Source: an uncultured virus (IMG/VR IMGVR_UViG_3300030708_001148) (Duplodnaviria; Heunggongvirae; Uroviricota; Caudoviricetes). Taken from it: DNA of 64,000 nucleotides. The translations under genes and the position numbers were made by a program. Below are positions 49,201-58,340 of this stretch, piece by piece (positions within the stretch are counted from its first letter, which is position 1; each line of letters begins with the position of its first letter). The stretch lies in the IMG/VR virus record IMGVR_UViG_3300030708_001148, one strand, 5' to 3'. A model generated the notes under the pieces. The model did no database searches. It was not told where the DNA came from and was given only the letters and a program-made list of their open reading frames with translations.

Positions 49201-50309
49201 GTTCCAGAGAAAGAATTGATGGTTTGTCTAGCAAAATCAAGGAAGAATCTGTAATCTGAACCATCTTCACTAGTGTATTTTTCTTTTATAGTTCCTAAAA
49301 GACTTCCATCTACATTACTCCATAGCGATTGTCCTTCAACTAACTTTTCCCAATTAGTCTGAGATAATTGATAATACTTACTTGTGCTACCTGCTTCATA
49401 TTGAGCAAGAGTTCCAACTATATCTGTAATAGTAGTAGTGGTATTTTCCCACCATCTCAAGTGAGTGGCGTTGTATTTGGTCATGTAATCCAATTGATTC
49501 TTCTCATCTAGTCTATCATTATAGAAATACCAAGTAGGCAGACTACAAATATTCACTCTATCGTATTTAGGTGTAGTAGCACTAGTATCTCCTCTCAGCC
49601 CATAACTAACAGCAACGACACTTGTATCTGTCTTTGCTGGACCCTTGTATATCTCAAATTTAGTGTTCTTTGGTATGGCTGTGGGATATGATGGGCTGAA
49701 TTCTAATCCATCTCCAAATGTATCAAATGTGGTTATTCTTGTTACTTTAGCAAAGTGTGGTCTAACTTTATCATTACCTGCTTCAACTATCTGTGGGTTA
49801 ATGAGAATAAAATAATCATAGTTTTCAACATCTAATCCTATCTCATCACTATTTGGATAATCGCTAGTTGAATATATCAATCTCCTATTTGTCTCACTGT
49901 TTGTTGTTGATATCTCTGAATCCATTACTTTTATTTTAAAAGCAGGAGTTTCTTCATTACAATTTGCATAACTTGCTAGGTTTTCGTTAGTAGGTAGAAT
50001 TCTATTTCCTATTCTATCTGTTGCATCGTTTGATATTGATATAGCCCTAGAAGTATTTCTGATTTCCATAAAGTTAGCAGAATTTTTCAGAACATCATAT
50101 CCTGTCTGATTATGTTGTATGTTATTTTCGTACTTTAGATTATTTTGCACAAAAGTAGGATTGACAGAGACACTAGTGTATGCCTTACTTTCATGTGCGG
50201 TGTGACTATCATAATCATATGTGGTTCCATCTACTATGATGTCTTCATGTATACCCGAATTCAAAGGAAAAATAACTCGTCCAAATTCCTCTTGTGTACC
50301 CATATTCAA
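43197..50309 (-). CDS. Large tail tip/baseplate hub protein, 2370 aa
   Basis: Position after the tape measure and distal tail genes; hub-like motifs FDGII...YSINGRD and C-terminal LEAGDIV...YQVFEI. Confidence 0.65.
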   Translation of the reverse strand: MNMGTQEEFGRVIFPLNSGIHEDIIVDGTTYDYDSHTAHESKAYTSVSVNPTFVQNNLKYENNIQHNQTGYDVLKNSANFMEIRNTSRAISISNDATDRIGNRILPTNENLASYANCNEETPAFKIKVMDSEISTTNSETNRRLIYSTSDYPNSDEIGLDVENYDYFILINPQIVEAGNDKVRPHFAKVTRITTFDTFGDGLEFSPSYPTAIPKNTKFEIYKGPAKTDTSVVAVSYGLRGDTSATTPKYDRVNICSLPTWYFYNDRLDEKNQLDYMTKYNATHLRWWENTTTTITDIVGTLAQYEAGSTSKYYQLSQTNWEKLVEGQSLWSNVDGSLLGTIKEKYTSEDGSDYRFFLDFARQTINSFSGTQVNKVGKTCTNVVFRTQGRFNDTIQNLGSDRLDAVLVDTNKTDDYEITDAHKWNTCFPRMHRHTSNLISDTSNSLDGNLTGPAKYITFEKADFKNNKLPLMQSANLNSPRNKMSQLASFSMLDSSGLAHLKVKEEDRLLVQRNIYNSSMKYYPVEGKASSVTGTADNIEMKEISKEFDLRHKLSADDIIEVDGYLYVVHTVYAQSGGTQKIKVKDSKLKSATTWSGSSNVHSISQKTLFVPPYTGVLNYDLVSDTEIDYTTDRITIDGVTIDKNNAKLNDARLVFVTNTSHDNLLDITDKDNKFAKIQDTTRTFYQRSNESKDRFYYYSGGYAISDTVFDGIIENANSKTEMGMTTYSINGRDETSKLISQTINKNTAVLSDIHHSSHDPIVNNVTELSVGTISVSGSVLTYGGTTSGITLKPFGILLNHDGKYVGEIKSFTTSPKEITLFRPPQVTFNNSGVNLKYFHPYAYLSTDTTHTTYITGTKALGSNPNVTDGIADLSVSGKGLVFDGGVRLISPDSANAYYTNSTFTTDNLVGTSNTGGVLKDKTLGYDITSPKNIDANDSNFAIKIGNENGVSVTHNSVGTVKQETFDVVTINEKIEGGTTISVAPTFPVVMGRVASNSSDTRGNCSLYFVNANLNTGGFVHKLGVGNSYNDHIDGNCIRYWDFQKINPGTINRKYDSIYNFGVSPQKIQGYAVGYGVRADGSKISVTSSNTNRPINGSNTLDGWNHLGNFYGPYDSSTTPDTPNLIKSYYPNALNTGDPFEYDIDYEAFEQIDARTDYYDWFGIGDLLPASNNRNNNLGYHTLNYENFSMLLESDEDEVGDTVIHEEYVGTTRQTAKSENNFESVSISSATQTTNQISRFGVIRLVEATFDWHFNPVDLENTLASESIPTIPYFDYVMFENPDQLTGKTIQLRETDGANVNVSSTNITTQTLGDMFYTTDYMGSNPFREHTTLAGSPDQINGFIAVKESGSSGSFNTDSGNNNLIDASTLNGSGYTEIYNDIWQFDGYDDGGTIKYYGVQPFYVYTNQSFLLDKISKPSSSTNHMTVNRSNRRHDFRFTDVYITRPFTHTGIFEFANLEDNGEAFSAHNIILPLIVGELSDDSTYENKEISPFHHPDNWANQNTNWLHTSRVINALVGAKFGADSGTTISHQDKYGLGYGTYPFAHPYEGCIGVFKDVKVAMTDNTIDPGTIEITSAPLALDTNANYVDYVAEATNANLDQHDRNVQVAEYDANNTVAMIGTRTESHFLSEKKAISTETQENHHTEFASDAANEGLVVSAQMAIKPVFQLKAATSGGSNYVVGATDTSLAFPNGTNTSIGDTMVFTLNNSSKHTFLSFLPNLTGYYLVSEEKANGGDLRNSTRVDAPRAITRITSHTVSTAPTISNHETHTIKIDVPLKPIFSTTHRFRLMRPSEVTFNGEENSIRFNVMEPVSRFTRSSFLTGESGADTDSVSGAIHHYRESLYQMFLLLDVDGVPQTENTLTNDGYTTQTNHIVYDNSTIDVREPSQAAHKFKRTGTTLVQKTMNVTDGLNSSVKNITFTDFFPLDRDESTAFDTSINFTKIPGLGMKFDGQLFGNGVVSFGEVFDIALSRRPNLKNIKKCHIGTGFTVASNVNDEIENLVKEVGLEYDDLRSFITPTGNIVSSATSNTVVCSATPEDISAGDVLYTHDGHLVGEIQGISSQTITFTTNLKFTPVQHDELIKINKKTYVSALKFDDVNLFTAINSLAVKNGLDYNIRNGKFSASNIEDTSSLRKYSLSYAESDRLISVENNTSLFDTANKAVIIGDRIKYELERSTNKQTRVIQEVDPTIKTKTDAEIRAVELLKLHNKKHRKITIKVHKQGLELLEAGDIVRLNFPNHDIPNDDYQVFEITNVLSGMLTMTVGTFDKSIAERLSELNTKQSDGFSSLFQKDSMKISAGKHLSDVINIKNTRLSYVVTGSSNALSYNSNMGFDDLVGFTEEVGFEHSTVTKKSYGDKFYEQDDYGGTVE

Positions 50310-53071
50310 CCCTCAAATTTGTAATAAAAAAGAATGTCACTATAACTTGGAGAAAGAGTCTTCAATGTTGTAGTGGGTATCTTGTTCTTGGTCATTGAAA
50401 TCTCATATATCTCACCGAAGAACTGTTCAGCATTAGAAGCACCTCTACCTATTTGACAATCACTAGCATCTAATTGCCATGTCGTTAATGTATGAGATTC
50501 CTTGACTAGCAGTTCATTATCCATCCACAGTTCTATGCTTCCGTTCTTATGATAAACTAAGCATATTTTGTACATGTCTTCTAAGTAAAATGCTTCTTTT
50601 AGATGGTCGGTGTATATTGTAGATGTAATGTTAGTTGCAGGTGTATCTGTTAGAGTAATAGTAGAACCAGATACACTAGAAACTGTTCCAATCAATGTGG
50701 AGGAAGAATCGTATATCTTGTTTCCCTTTCCTATCTCTGAGGCTTCTCCTGAAGATACCTCTATGTCATTGTTATTTGTTGCTGAGAAGTTGCTGACTGA
50801 GGCTCCAGAACTTATTCCTGCTAGTGATATGGCCGAACTACCCATAGAGGGTACATTTAACTTACAAGTCAAAACATTGCTAGAATCAGTTGTTATTATT
50901 GTGCCATTATGTCCATTAGTGCTATCTATTGCGACTTCTAGATTTGCCGTAGTAGTGTTGTTATCGGTTTCTCTCTTAAAATAGACATAGCCATTTCCTG
51001 ATGTTCCGTTTGCTCTTGTTGTGTCTGCTTTGTATTTTCTCAAAGTACCCTGTGAATCTGTGATTGAGATATAAGCATCCGGGGTAGCACCGTTGCTAAA
51101 ATCAGTATCAGCAACATTGGCTAAATTGTTTTGATTTATACTAGTATTTCCGGCGGTTCCGGCAATGTTTTGTGTTAGAGTCAATGTTCCTGATGAATTA
51201 CTTACAAGTATGCTTCCATTATGCCCATTAGCGTGTTCTATGGCTGTTTCTAGGTTGGCGGCAGTAGCAGTAGCATCTGCTCCTACTTGGAAGGCTACAG
51301 CCCCTGAAACAGACCCTATTGTTTGAGTAGTAGAAGTAGCAATAGCATCTCCATTTGCCACAGGAACATACTTCTTTGTAACCGCAGAACCTGCCGCATC
51401 AGTCAACTCAATGTATGGAGTATTTGTTTGGTTGGCTTGATTTGTTCCTCCGGTAAAATTACTACCAGAAATGGTAGCAACGCTATCAGCAGTATTCGTC
51501 TTTGCTAAAGTTGCACTATTGCCAGCAGTTCCTGTCAAATCATGGGTTAGCGTAATTACATTGTTAACTCTAGTTGCAGTAATAGTAGAACCATGACCAC
51601 TATTTGCGTTTATTGCTGATGTCAATGCCGCCGCCGCATTGTTGTTACTACCACCGGAGGCCCATCTGAAATATCTCACAGAAACCGTACTGCTATCATC
51701 CAAAGTTCTAGTTCCTGTAGATGCAGTTGCTTGATTCGTGTTATCATGTGAAGGAAAGTAATTGCGAACGTTTCCTGCACTATCTGTGATTGTAATGTAA
51801 TTAATGTTAGAATCAGCAGTATGCCCTGCGGTTTCACCCTGAATCAATTCGTTTGCTCCACCACCAATCTGAACTCTAGTTATTTGGTTTGGTAAACCAC
51901 TTCCTAGTGTAATGTCACCGTCTGCTCCTTTTCTATTGGGTGCAGAACCCACTATACCACCAGTGAATAGAACTGAACTAGATGGAGGATTTTGTGTTGC
52001 ATCTGTTGGGTCTGCTCCGGCAGATACAGAGCCAGCCCATCCTGCATCGTATGCGTTTATCGCCGCCGCTAGATTGGTTGCTATCTGCTCTACATCTGTT
52101 GACCTTGTGTATGCTCTTGCACCTGTGGGCCAATTGCCTCCTGTCAATGCGGCTCCATTTGTTGCCCCATCTACTGCAAACCATTTTGTTACTTCTCCAC
52201 CATCTTCTTTTGTTATCTGTATAAATTCGGTAGTATCACTATCTGTAGCAGAATCAGGAACGGCTCCAAATTTGATGTGACCACTTGTGCTTCCTGCCGG
52301 AAAAACATCAGTCTTGAAATTGGCTTGACCTGCTATGGTTATTGTAGAAGTTGCTTGAACAGGAGAAACGTAGTGAGTTGGTGTTCCACTAACCACTATT
52401 TGTCCAGTAGCCTTAACATCTACAGGAAGATTATTGTAGTTACTTATCGTTATAGTTCCTTGTGGATTGCTACCTGTAGCACTAGTAGATACCCTTTGGT
52501 AAGAAGTGCTTGCTATGTCATAATACGCAGAGGAATCATAGTAGTTTCGTAGTGTGTTTACTGGTTTAATGACAGTATCAGATTGTATTGTCTTTGTGAC
52601 ACCACCAGAAGTAACCTCTGCTACTATCTTGTATTCTGCGGGTTGATTGTAAGAACTGCTAGTTGTGTTTTGCAAGTATAACTTTAGGTTGGTGTTGTAA
52701 AACAGCATTAGTTTGTGAGTCAAATATGCCGCAGATGCACCTTCACCTAGATAGCCCACACTTTCGTAAGTAGTATTCCTATTGGATAGGGTATCGTTAG
52801 GGTATGGTGGAGTCTTGGTTGAATCTAGAATGCCGTGCCTACCCGCAGTACGGCTTCCTATGCCATTTACGTCATAAGGAGTAATTAGGGCTTCTAAGGT
52901 AAATGTGTCTTTATGTGCCCATAGTGGCCTTAACCTCGCACTAGCGGCACTAGTGCTACCATCACTACCCACAGTAACAGGTTCATCATAGTTGATATTC
53001 AAGTAGCCCTTACACAATAGAGGAAAAACCAATTTGTATGGTTTACCGACATATGCACTAACCATGTTCAC
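50306..53071 (-). CDS. Virion protein: LamG domain interrupted by repeated domains
   Basis: N-terminal FTLEALITP and C-terminal LWMDN...FFGEIYEI flank four internal repeats. Confidence 0.65.
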   Translation of the reverse strand: MNMVSAYVGKPYKLVFPLLCKGYLNINYDEPVTVGSDGSTSAASARLRPLWAHKDTFTLEALITPYDVNGIGSRTAGRHGILDSTKTPPYPNDTLSNRNTTYESVGYLGEGASAAYLTHKLMLFYNTNLKLYLQNTTSSSYNQPAEYKIVAEVTSGGVTKTIQSDTVIKPVNTLRNYYDSSAYYDIASTSYQRVSTSATGSNPQGTITISNYNNLPVDVKATGQIVVSGTPTHYVSPVQATSTITIAGQANFKTDVFPAGSTSGHIKFGAVPDSATDSDTTEFIQITKEDGGEVTKWFAVDGATNGAALTGGNWPTGARAYTRSTDVEQIATNLAAAINAYDAGWAGSVSAGADPTDATQNPPSSSVLFTGGIVGSAPNRKGADGDITLGSGLPNQITRVQIGGGANELIQGETAGHTADSNINYITITDSAGNVRNYFPSHDNTNQATASTGTRTLDDSSTVSVRYFRWASGGSNNNAAAALTSAINANSGHGSTITATRVNNVITLTHDLTGTAGNSATLAKTNTADSVATISGSNFTGGTNQANQTNTPYIELTDAAGSAVTKKYVPVANGDAIATSTTQTIGSVSGAVAFQVGADATATAANLETAIEHANGHNGSILVSNSSGTLTLTQNIAGTAGNTSINQNNLANVADTDFSNGATPDAYISITDSQGTLRKYKADTTRANGTSGNGYVYFKRETDNNTTTANLEVAIDSTNGHNGTIITTDSSNVLTCKLNVPSMGSSAISLAGISSGASVSNFSATNNNDIEVSSGEASEIGKGNKIYDSSSTLIGTVSSVSGSTITLTDTPATNITSTIYTDHLKEAFYLEDMYKICLVYHKNGSIELWMDNELLVKESHTLTTWQLDASDCQIGRGASNAEQFFGEIYEISMTKNKIPTTTLKTLSPSYSDILFYYKFEG

Positions 53072-53778
53072 CCATCCAAGAAATTGTCCGACAACACTAC
53101 GGCCTCTTCAAATTCTAGACTGAAACTAACGTTAGGAAATTCAGCACCAGAAATATTAGTGCTAAATGAACGTATGAAACCAGTTAATCCTACGGTTCCG
53201 TCTATCGTTTCATCAGATTCATTTACCGTAAATGGTGTGAAGTATTTTGAGTTTGCACCAAGAGATGCAAAGTCGTTGTCATATCCCCTATTCTTGAAAG
53301 TAAATGGAATTAATGGTAATAACTCTATGTCGTCATTCTCAGCAGTACCATTATGATAGGCAAAGTTCTCATCTACCCTACTAGGAATCAGAACAATCAA
53401 TCTGTTTAGGTTCTGGTCATCTTGAAAAGTACTTGAATCTACGTAGGAATGTATGAGTTGTGCCATTTCATATGCAGTCAACCTTACGTTATCTTTCAGG
53501 CTATTAGCATCCTTCTGCTTGGATATTCTCTGGTCCATCAACATCCCACTTAGACTCAGGTTCTTTCCTGCTTGACCTACATCGAAAGCAAGGTTGAGAG
53601 ACTCACCTCTAACTGCACCAGAGAATGGAACACCTGCGTTTATCACAAGTTTAGATGTGGAGATACTAATGTTATCCACAAATAGGGGAATACGGTTAAC
53701 GTGACCGCTTCCTATGTCATTTCTTCTACCTAGTTCTAAGAAGCACTTGAAGTTCTGACCCTTGAAACCCTGTGACAT
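53068..53778 (-). CDS. Putative distal tail protein
   Basis: Immediately downstream of the tape measure gene; ends GFIRSFS...FSLEFEE. Confidence 0.55.
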   Translation of the reverse strand: MSQGFKGQNFKCFLELGRRNDIGSGHVNRIPLFVDNISISTSKLVINAGVPFSGAVRGESLNLAFDVGQAGKNLSLSGMLMDQRISKQKDANSLKDNVRLTAYEMAQLIHSYVDSSTFQDDQNLNRLIVLIPSRVDENFAYHNGTAENDDIELLPLIPFTFKNRGYDNDFASLGANSKYFTPFTVNESDETIDGTVGLTGFIRSFSTNISGAEFPNVSFSLEFEEAVVLSDNFLDG

Positions 53779-55193
53779 TATGCAAACCTCACAGTTGAAC
53801 TACTTGTTCTGTTGACCTGAGTGTTGATTTCTCTTGCGACCTTGTTTGCTATGTCTCGTATTTCCATGTCTGATGCTCCAACTCTTCCCGTTACATTCAC
53901 ATTGATGACAGTTCCACCCATTCCCCTACTAGCGAAGTTAGAATGAACTCTAGCCCCTCTTGGTAATGATACTAGTTCTGGTCCACCTTCACCGACTATT
54001 GCCATACCAGAATTTGCCATCACTCCGCCACTAGCAAATGTGTTCGTATTCTGTCCTGCGGCCATCCTTTGCAAAAAGTGGCTTCCTTGATAGGCTCTTA
54101 TTCCTCCATAAACAAGACTCCCTTGTGCTAATTTATCCAATTGGTTCAGCCTCTTCTTGACACCGGATGATTTTTCTCCTAGATATTTGTCTATGGCTAG
54201 TCCAATGTCTTCGGCTAATCCACCACTTACAATGTAATCCTTCAACTCTACAAATTTCTTAAGAGTAAATTCTCCAACTACCTTTAGTAATGCCATTATT
54301 CCTTTTCCTATAGGTACGAGAATTTTATTGAAATAAATTGAAAGTGAATCTATAACTCTTCCCTCAAAGATAGCAACCATCAACTCTTTTACTCCTATTA
54401 AAATTTCAACTATCCTATCTCTAGCATTAGCAAACTTCTGTCTTTGTTCTGGTGTTAAATTACGTACATATCCTACACCCCAACGTAAGATTTTGAACAG
54501 CAATGGAGCCAACAGAATAAGCAAGCCGAAACCGAATAATAACTTACCAAACACAATTAATCCTTTGAACAAGAAACTTGGTAATGCTCTAAATGCTTTC
54601 TTAATATTATCATATTGTCTAGCAATCTTACCCATAAATCCCTGTTCTTTGTATTTCTCTTCTTTAACGTATGCTTCTATTTGAGAATCTAATTGGTCTT
54701 GTTGTATCTTAATCATGTCATCAAATTGTTTCTTGGTTGCCTCCATTGCAGATAAACCACCTAGAGATGCACCTGCACCTTTCAAACGTTGATTGAGGGC
54801 TAATCTATCCTGAAATTCCTTTCCTTCCATTATTTCTAATGCGGCTTTCTTTTCTTCTAATCCCGTTAAAGCAGAACCATCTCTTTTGAACAGGCCCGTT
54901 TCTGGTATTTTCTCTGATATTTTAACAAAGTCTTCTGAGACTTTCGTTAATTCTTTTTGTCTTTCTATTGCTTTTTTTTGAGCATTATACATCAAGACAA
55001 AACCATCATTTATTCCCTTTATTTTGTTTGATATTTTCCAAAAAGGACTACCTACGAACAATCTGTTCATCATAATCCAAGCACGGTTGCCTTTTATCTG
55101 ATTGGCAAACGCAAATCTTAGTTTATCAGTAGAACCTGCTAAGGCTTCGTTAGCCGCCGCCATGTTGTAGATTTCTTTTGTTTCATCCGCCAC
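53778..55193 (-). CDS. Tape measure protein
   Basis: Follows the G/GT chaperones; helical with a hydrophobic segment; C-terminal FASGG...VGEGGPELV.LPRG. Confidence 0.8.
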   Translation of the reverse strand: MADETKEIYNMAAANEALAGSTDKLRFAFANQIKGNRAWIMMNRLFVGSPFWKISNKIKGINDGFVLMYNAQKKAIERQKELTKVSEDFVKISEKIPETGLFKRDGSALTGLEEKKAALEIMEGKEFQDRLALNQRLKGAGASLGGLSAMEATKKQFDDMIKIQQDQLDSQIEAYVKEEKYKEQGFMGKIARQYDNIKKAFRALPSFLFKGLIVFGKLLFGFGLLILLAPLLFKILRWGVGYVRNLTPEQRQKFANARDRIVEILIGVKELMVAIFEGRVIDSLSIYFNKILVPIGKGIMALLKVVGEFTLKKFVELKDYIVSGGLAEDIGLAIDKYLGEKSSGVKKRLNQLDKLAQGSLVYGGIRAYQGSHFLQRMAAGQNTNTFASGGVMANSGMAIVGEGGPELVSLPRGARVHSNFASRGMGGTVINVNVTGRVGASDMEIRDIANKVAREINTQVNRTSSSTVRFA

Positions 55194-55413
55194 TCTTTAC
55201 CCTCCGTTTGATATTGTCTAACTCATCTGCTTGTATTTTCTCCGCTTCCCCATGTATGAGTAACATGTCTAACAACAAAGGCAACGGTGTATGTCGCGCT
55301 TCATTGGGACTGATGTTAAATGTTCTACAGTAGGTATACAATAGAATCTGCATACCTACTTTCAAATCAGTCTGTCTGCCTTGTAATCCCTTACGGATTA
55401 GTTGGCTTTTTTT
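55183..55413 (-). CDS. Tail assembly chaperone T portion (reached by -1 frameshift)
   Basis: The -1 frame is open from A AAA AAA at 55413-55407 (KSQLIRKGLQGRQTDLKVGMQ...) to the stop at 55183. Confidence 0.72.
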   Translation of the reverse strand, partial: KKSQLIRKGLQGRQTDLKVGMQILLYTYCRTFNISPNEARHTPLPLLLDMLLIHGEAEKIQADELDNIKRRVKSGG

Positions 55414-55754
55414 GTATCAGCCTCCATCATCTCACCAAAGGGATTCGGAAGAACTTCCTTCAATTGTGACCCAATATAGGGACTCAATCTCAGCATTTCT
55501 ATGGGAGACAACGAAGGTTCTGTTTTCTCAACAAACTCTTCTATCATATAACGATACATTTTATCCATATTGATGTCAAGTTGTTGATTACCATCAACTT
55601 TCATCAAGGTTCCAAGTGCTTGTTCCACTTGAAGCCATGTGGGTTCCTTTACCCACACTTTCAATATATCGTCTGAATCAGGGCTAACCCTCAATTCATG
55701 GCATTCGGTATCACTTTTGGCAAATAGCCTACTCTTATCTTCTACTACTTTCAT
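55398..55754 (-). CDS. Tail assembly chaperone G
   Basis: Between tail tube and tape measure; ATG at 55754 with AAGGTGG upstream; ends at the slippery site. Confidence 0.75.
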   Translation of the reverse strand: MKVVEDKSRLFAKSDTECHELRVSPDSDDILKVWVKEPTWLQVEQALGTLMKVDGNQQLDINMDKMYRYMIEEFVEKTEPSLSPIEMLRLSPYIGSQLKEVLPNPFGEMMEADTKKAN

Positions 55755-55772
55755 GTTTCTTTCCACCTTCAT

Positions 55773-55837
55773 AAAAAACCAACAAACAAACAATGTTGGT
55801 GGAAACTAATGGGTATTCTTGTGCTTTTTGAATACCC
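55773..55837 (-). terminator. Two hairpins plus a U-run after the tail tube gene
   Basis: GGGTATTC/GAATACCC (55811-55837) and ACCAACA/TGTTGGT (55778-55800), followed on the - strand by a T-run. Confidence 0.55.
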
Positions 55838-55840
55838 TCC

Positions 55841-57484
55841 CTAATAATCTTGATTTATGATTGCCCACATTCCCTTATACTTGCAAGAATGCAATGTTCT
55901 TGCTGATAGTGTTAGATTCAGTTCTACTGGTCCCTTGTCTTCTGGGAAGGGGAAATCTACTGATTGAGTTATGAAGTCCCTGAGTTCTATCTCGATGAAA
56001 TCACCATCAGCAATACCTACATTCTCATCTGCTTGTAAGGTGTCGTCAGCATCCGAGTCAAACTCCAAATCCTTGCTGAATTTTAGTATTATCTTGTTGT
56101 CTGCACCTAGATGCTCTCCTTCCTGCCGAAGATAGTTGTAGATTTTCATATCTGTTACAAGCATCGTGAAACTCAAATCATAGGTTCTTTGCCCACCAAT
56201 GTGTGCAGAAACCATATCTTTACTGTAGTTTCCAATGTATCTGTGAGCAGTTAGGTTGTTATTGATAGTAAGACTTCCATTCTTTATCTTAGCCCAAGTT
56301 TGTCCGTAAAGAGTGATTGTGCCGTCTGAGTAGAAATAAGGCTCTACGTTTCTATCTGGATACATGGTGGCATTATCCCTGAAATTAGATAGTTTCTCTA
56401 GTTCATTCGTCTTACCGTTTCTAGGTGCATACCCAGAGGGAACATCAAACAACCTTCTGGACATCAAATCCAGAGAACACTTGAGTTCCTGTCCTTCCTC
56501 AAAGTTCATGGTAAAAGTATTGACTTGACAACCTGTCACGATTCTTGTGAAGATATCTGCATATGGGCTACTACCGTCTAGACCTCCTGTGTATCTGTTT
56601 TCGGTGGCTATATCTTCTTTCTCATAACTAACCTCAATTGCAAATGATGGAAGAGTTCCATCGTTTCTTTCCGTAAAGGTGTATAGCATGGCACTTGAAC
56701 CTTCATCCGTGTCTAACTTCTCTAAGTCATTGTATGCCTCTAACTCACCAGTCATTACTCCTTGACTCCAAGTGGTAGGGGCTGGAGGGAATATCTTGTT
56801 GCCTTCGACTCTGTATATTCTAGTACTATCGTGCGCGGGTACGGCAAATCCAGTGTATCCATCAGTAACTGCGGGTAAAACATCATCAGTTGTGTCAATG
56901 GAATCAATCCTACCTAATGCATAATACAACCAAGCACCATGATTCATCGAGATATCCATTGATACTCCTGTAACAGTAGAGCCTTTCTTGTATTGGTATG
57001 TGAGGTTTCTAGTTCCACCCAGAGCCAAGTTCATCTGTGCTATCTCAACTTCAAGTGAAGGAGGGGTGAAACTGTTAACCAATCCTAGCCAATTATCAGA
57101 AAGAAGCGTATAACTACCGTTTGTCGGGTCTACTGATACACAGGGACTACCGTAGGCTTCCAATGTAGCAGTTACAGTAGTAGCCCCAGATGTATCTTCT
57201 TCTAATGCAACCTCTGCATTCTCATCAAAAGTAAAGGCAGTAGCCGTGTTTGACTTGACCATGAAAGACATAGTTTTGCTTGAGCCTGTGATTCTAATCA
57301 TACAACCCTGATACAAATCTGGTACTAATACGTAGTTGTTAGTGAAATCTGTGTGAGGAGTCAATGTCGCTCCGTCTAAATCTGCATTATCACCCAAATA
57401 TATGCTAGTCTCTGGAATAAATGTGGCAGAAGCACCTGCACCCGACCACACCTCATTTTGAATTATACTGTTAGTCGTTGCCAT
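55841..57484 (-). CDS. Major tail tube protein
   Basis: LPSFAIE...GCQVNTFTM...GSLTINNNL...GQRTYDLSFT; position upstream of the chaperones. Confidence 0.78.
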   Translation of the reverse strand: MATTNSIIQNEVWSGAGASATFIPETSIYLGDNADLDGATLTPHTDFTNNYVLVPDLYQGCMIRITGSSKTMSFMVKSNTATAFTFDENAEVALEEDTSGATTVTATLEAYGSPCVSVDPTNGSYTLLSDNWLGLVNSFTPPSLEVEIAQMNLALGGTRNLTYQYKKGSTVTGVSMDISMNHGAWLYYALGRIDSIDTTDDVLPAVTDGYTGFAVPAHDSTRIYRVEGNKIFPPAPTTWSQGVMTGELEAYNDLEKLDTDEGSSAMLYTFTERNDGTLPSFAIEVSYEKEDIATENRYTGGLDGSSPYADIFTRIVTGCQVNTFTMNFEEGQELKCSLDLMSRRLFDVPSGYAPRNGKTNELEKLSNFRDNATMYPDRNVEPYFYSDGTITLYGQTWAKIKNGSLTINNNLTAHRYIGNYSKDMVSAHIGGQRTYDLSFTMLVTDMKIYNYLRQEGEHLGADNKIILKFSKDLEFDSDADDTLQADENVGIADGDFIEIELRDFITQSVDFPFPEDKGPVELNLTLSARTLHSCKYKGMWAIINQDY

Positions 57485-58032
57485 TACGTCACACTCCTAC
57501 CCATTCGCTTCATCTCCACCGATAACCTATAACCTAATAGTTTCTTTCCTCTGTCATTTGCATCACTTCGACTAGTTATTTTAATCGTATCGGCACTTTC
57601 TCTATATGTCGTTCCACCTTCTGTAGTAGTTACCTGTGGTCGTAATGAATTGTTTTCTATGATATACCTTACGATTCTATACAAATCTTGAAGCCTAGTT
57701 CTACCAGTAATCTTGTTTCCATCCGTATTTACGAAATCCCTACGATATAGAACCCTTATGTGTACTGTGAAGGTAAATGTATCATTTCTGACTGCATAGT
57801 CAATAGTAGGGTAACTGGTTGAATTGCTATCTTCGTAAATTACGATTATAGCACCGCTATCGGCATCTGCTCTCCTTCCTTCATTTGCCTCGACTGAGCG
57901 TACATCAACGATTTGAGGAACTGATACTGCACCATGTATCTGATTAGCACTTGCTAACGCTACAGAGGCGGAAGACCAATTATCCTTGAGTAGCCTCACT
58001 AAGAAGGTAACTTCATCCAATATTACTACCAT
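57484..58032 (-). CDS. Putative tail terminator/completion protein
   Basis: Size, position upstream of the tube gene, alpha/beta pattern. Confidence 0.55.
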   Translation of the reverse strand: MVVILDEVTFLVRLLKDNWSSASVALASANQIHGAVSVPQIVDVRSVEANEGRRADADSGAIIVIYEDSNSTSYPTIDYAVRNDTFTFTVHIRVLYRRDFVNTDGNKITGRTRLQDLYRIVRYIIENNSLRPQVTTTEGGTTYRESADTIKITSRSDANDRGKKLLGYRLSVEMKRMGRSVT

Positions 58033-58340
58033 TATTTTATCTCCTTTACTTTTGGAGCCTTTGACATCTTAAATGACTGTATCATTTTCTTATTGGCTTC
58101 TAGCATCAATTCTTTAGATTTGATTAGGGATTGCCTTATTGCACTTTCTATTACCTCACTATCTGTACGGTAGTAATTTTCTAACCCATGTTCTTTCAGA
58201 TATTCTTCCATATCCATTTCTTTTCTAATGATGTCTTTTCGTAGAGTATCAATATCTGCGGCTTTGGTCATTAGTGCGTTTGCTTCCTCTATTGACATAA
58301 TATCAGTCCACGAATACGATAGTCTCCTTCTTACCATCAA
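58032..58340 (-). CDS. Hypothetical neck-region protein
   Basis: Coupled ORF; true start may be the internal Met (MSIEE). Confidence 0.5.
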   Translation of the reverse strand: MMVRRRLSYSWTDIMSIEEANALMTKAADIDTLRKDIIRKEMDMEEYLKEHGLENYYRTDSEVIESAIRQSLIKSKELMLEANKKMIQSFKMSKAPKVKEIK

